Of a stretch of 64,000 bases of DNA, positions 61,501-64,000 are shown piece after piece. Where the stretch lies: positions 15,748,001 to 15,812,000 of the forward strand of contig JANJGN010000034.1 of NCBI GenBank assembly GCA_026770705.1, in the 5' to 3' direction. A program made the position numbers and the translations under genes. Origin of the DNA: Isurus oxyrinchus (Eukaryota). How positions within the stretch are numbered: position 1 is the first letter of the stretch; each line of letters starts with the position of its first letter. The notes beneath the pieces were generated by a model, which was not told the DNA's origin, made no database searches, and saw nothing but the letters and a program-made list of their open reading frames with translations.

Positions 61501-62140
61501 GGAAGGCAAATGAATGTTGGTCTTTATTGCAAGGGGGATGGAGTATAAAAGTAGGGAAGTCTTGCTACAGCTGTACAGGGCATTGGTGAGACCATACCTG
61601 GTGTACCGTGTACAGTTTTGGTCTCCTTACTTAAGGAGAGATATACTTGCATTAGAGGCAGTTCAGAGAATGTTCACTCGGCTGATTCCTGGGATGAAGG
61701 GGTTTGTGTTAGGAGGAAAGGTTGAGCAGGCTGTCCCTGTATCCGTTGGAGTTTAGGGGAACGGGAGATGATCTTATTGAAACAGATCAGATTCTGAGGG
61801 AGCTTGATAGGATAGACACTGAAAGGAGATTTCCCCTTGTAGGGGAATCTGGAACTATGGGGTACAGTTTAAAAATAAGATGTCTGGTATTTAAGATGGA
61901 AATGAGGAATTTCTTCTCTGAGGGTTGTTAGACTTTGGAATTCTCTTCCCCGGAGAGCAGTGAAGGCTGGCTCATTGAATATAACCAAGGCTGAGTTAGA
62001 CAGAATTTTGATTGACAAGGGGGCACAGGCAAGAAAGTGGAGTTAAGGCCACGATCAGATCAGCCATGATCTTATTGAATGAGACAGCAGGCTTGAGGGG
62101 CCAAATGGCTTACTCCTGCACCTGTATCCTCTGACCTTGT
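58565..62140 (+). mobile_element. Old CR1 LINE in the G4 intron, with a nested LINE fragment (~59970-60370) and an old pLTR element (~60570-61040, degenerate HHR at 60902-60940)
   Basis: Remnants VYRPPDS, AMPQGPVLESQL, LYRALVRPYLVYRVQFWSPYLR. Absent from the paralogous G3 intron. Confidence 0.88.
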
Positions 62141-62194
62141 AATCTTGAGGGTGGTGAGAATACACATTGCCTCAATCCTTTTCAGTCCAGTGGA

Positions 62195-62575
62195 GAGATG
62201 GTAATAGTGGCACTGTCACAGGACTAGGAACCCAGGGGCCCAGACTAATGCTCTGGGGACATGAGTTCAAATCCCACCATGGCAACTAGTTAATAAATCT
62301 ATGATAATATTATCATAATATATAATAATACGAATCTACAATATATGAAAGAAACTTTCTGATTTTAGTAAAAACCCATCTGGTTTATGAATGCCCTCTT
62401 ATGAAGCGAAATCTGCTGTCCTGACTTTGTGACTACAGACCCAGACAGCAATGTGGTTGACTCTGAATTGTCCTCTGAAGTAGCCGAGCAAGCCACTCAG
62501 ATCAAGGACCATTCGGGGTGGACAACAAATTCTGGACCTGCCAGCGATGCCCACATCCCATGAAAGAATAAAGAA
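62195..62575 (+). mobile_element. Near full-length shark SINE
   Basis: ggactagg...gagttcaaatcccaccatggca (box-B-like)...gccagcgatgcccacatcccatgaaagaataaa. Confidence 0.75.
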
Positions 62576-63059
62576 AGTAAATCAGGTTCTGCCTCAAACC
62601 CCTACCCAGTGTATTCGACCGTCATTCCCTCCCACCCCCAAGCTGTCCAAACCCCTTCCTGCTTCCTTGGGAACCCCCACCCCACCTGTTCATATCATTA
62701 CATTTCAGGGTCATTTTTCAGCTGCTGAGCTCCACCTCACATTGTGTACCCCCGGTCTCTGAATTCCTCCAAAGGACAGGTGACCAATATACTGATGAGT
62801 TCTCCCAGCATGTGTATAAATGGAAAACGTGATTCAAATACTGTCCATCTGCTCTGTGTGAACAAATATCCAGCACAAGCTGGGTTTAGTTGAAGGCCTT
62901 AATGCCTGAGCTTTAACCTTCCCACAGGAATGAAAGCTGTGAGTTACTGATCAGTGCATCTTGCAAATCGAGCATTGCAGTGTAACCACGTGACGCTTGG
63001 GATGTGACGTACCAGCAGGGAGGTTATCTCTGTGGATAAATGCTTTCAATCTTTTCCAG

Positions 63060-63386
63060 GTGACTGGTCAGTTTCCGGGTTCCTTGGAGAGCAGATTGTG
63101 CTGCCCTGTACCTACAAAGGGAATGTCCCAGTCTCAGATTTACAGGTGATTTGGGGAATATCAAGATCTGAAATTTTACACAAGTTTGTCGATGGCAATG
63201 ATGATTTGACAGAACAAGACCCACGGTTCAGAAACAGAACAAAACTGTTCAAAGATCAACTGGAACAAGGCAACTGGTCAATTCTGATCTCTGACCTCAG
63301 GAAGTCTGACACGAAAGTGTATGAGTGTCACATTTACAAGAAGAAAGAGGAGGTGAAATCTGATCTCGTCCATCTCTTTGTGTTGG
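63060..63386 (+). CDS. G4 IgV exon, B7/butyrophilin-type, open frame; gene continues past the window end
   Basis: ttttccag|GT GAC TGG...TTG G|gtaag, 327 nt. LPC..IW..EQDPRFRNRTKLFKDQLEQGNWSILISDLRKSDTKVYEC. Confidence 0.93.
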
Positions 63387-64000
63387 GTAAGAAGCTTTTG
63401 TTTCAGGTATTCTGTATTTAATCCCTGACTTTATGGGGTCGGTGGTTAAATTACTAGATGAGTAATCCAGAGGCCTGGACTAATAATCCAGAGAATGAAA
63501 TCCCACCATGGCACTGTCAGATTTTAAATTCAGTTCTTTAAATACAAACCTGGAAATATCAATTTGGTCCCAGGAAAAGTGACCCTGAAGCTGTTGGATT
63601 GTTGTAAAACCCCAACTGGTTCACTAATGTCTCTTTAGGGAAGGAAACCTGCCGTCCATACCCAGTCTGGTCTCCATGTGACTCCAGTCCCACGTTAACC
63701 TAGTTGCTTATTAACTGACCTGTATCGGTTTGTATCTAAGGCTGGAGAGCAAAACAGGATAAAACTGAATGGATCACTGGCTGTGACCCAGGTATTGAAT
63801 CAGGATACAACAAAGACACACCCAACCCAGTCGACACTGCAAAGTCCCTTCACTAACACCTGGGAACTGCTGTACAAGTTGGGAGAGCTGTCTGGCAGAG
63901 TCATACACACAGAATTAACCCCACATCCCAAACTCCATCACCATCCCTGGGTATGTCCTGTCACATGGTGGGGGCACAGTGGTATACAGTCCGGAGTCAG

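Noticed and set aside
63060-63386. Assigning a gene symbol such as CD276, VTCN1 or BTN
   Set aside because: The family-level signature is clear, but orthology cannot be determined without a phylogeny.

Overview
Vertebrate genomic DNA, most likely a shark or other cartilaginous fish. That assignment is inferred from the repeat content: Deu-domain SINEs, CR1 LINEs and Neptune-type Penelope-like elements. Most of the window is one imperfect palindrome. Arm A (1-~26815) is the reverse complement of arm B (~31885-58353), around a ~5-kb spacer that holds a third copy of part of the arm. The arms carry four outward-facing copies (G1-G4) of a gene for a B7/butyrophilin-type IgV membrane protein. The phase-consistent exon chain is: MxKEL(Q/R) micro-exon, Leu-rich leader, one IgV, a Ser/Thr/Pro stalk micro-exon, a Gly-zipper TM exon, and a candidate cytoplasmic exon made largely of a 30-bp minisatellite (decapeptide repeat). 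No IgC exon is visible. The two inner copies carry different inactivating lesions. The rest is CR1 LINEs, SINEs, young Penelope-like elements with about 10 minimal hammerhead-ribozyme motifs (the young ones with a non-consensus CUGUCGA core), and tandem arrays of CCAAT and GC boxes beside the promoters. Exon models come from splice signals and reading phase only, with no transcript evidence. Repeat boundaries were read by eye and are approximate.
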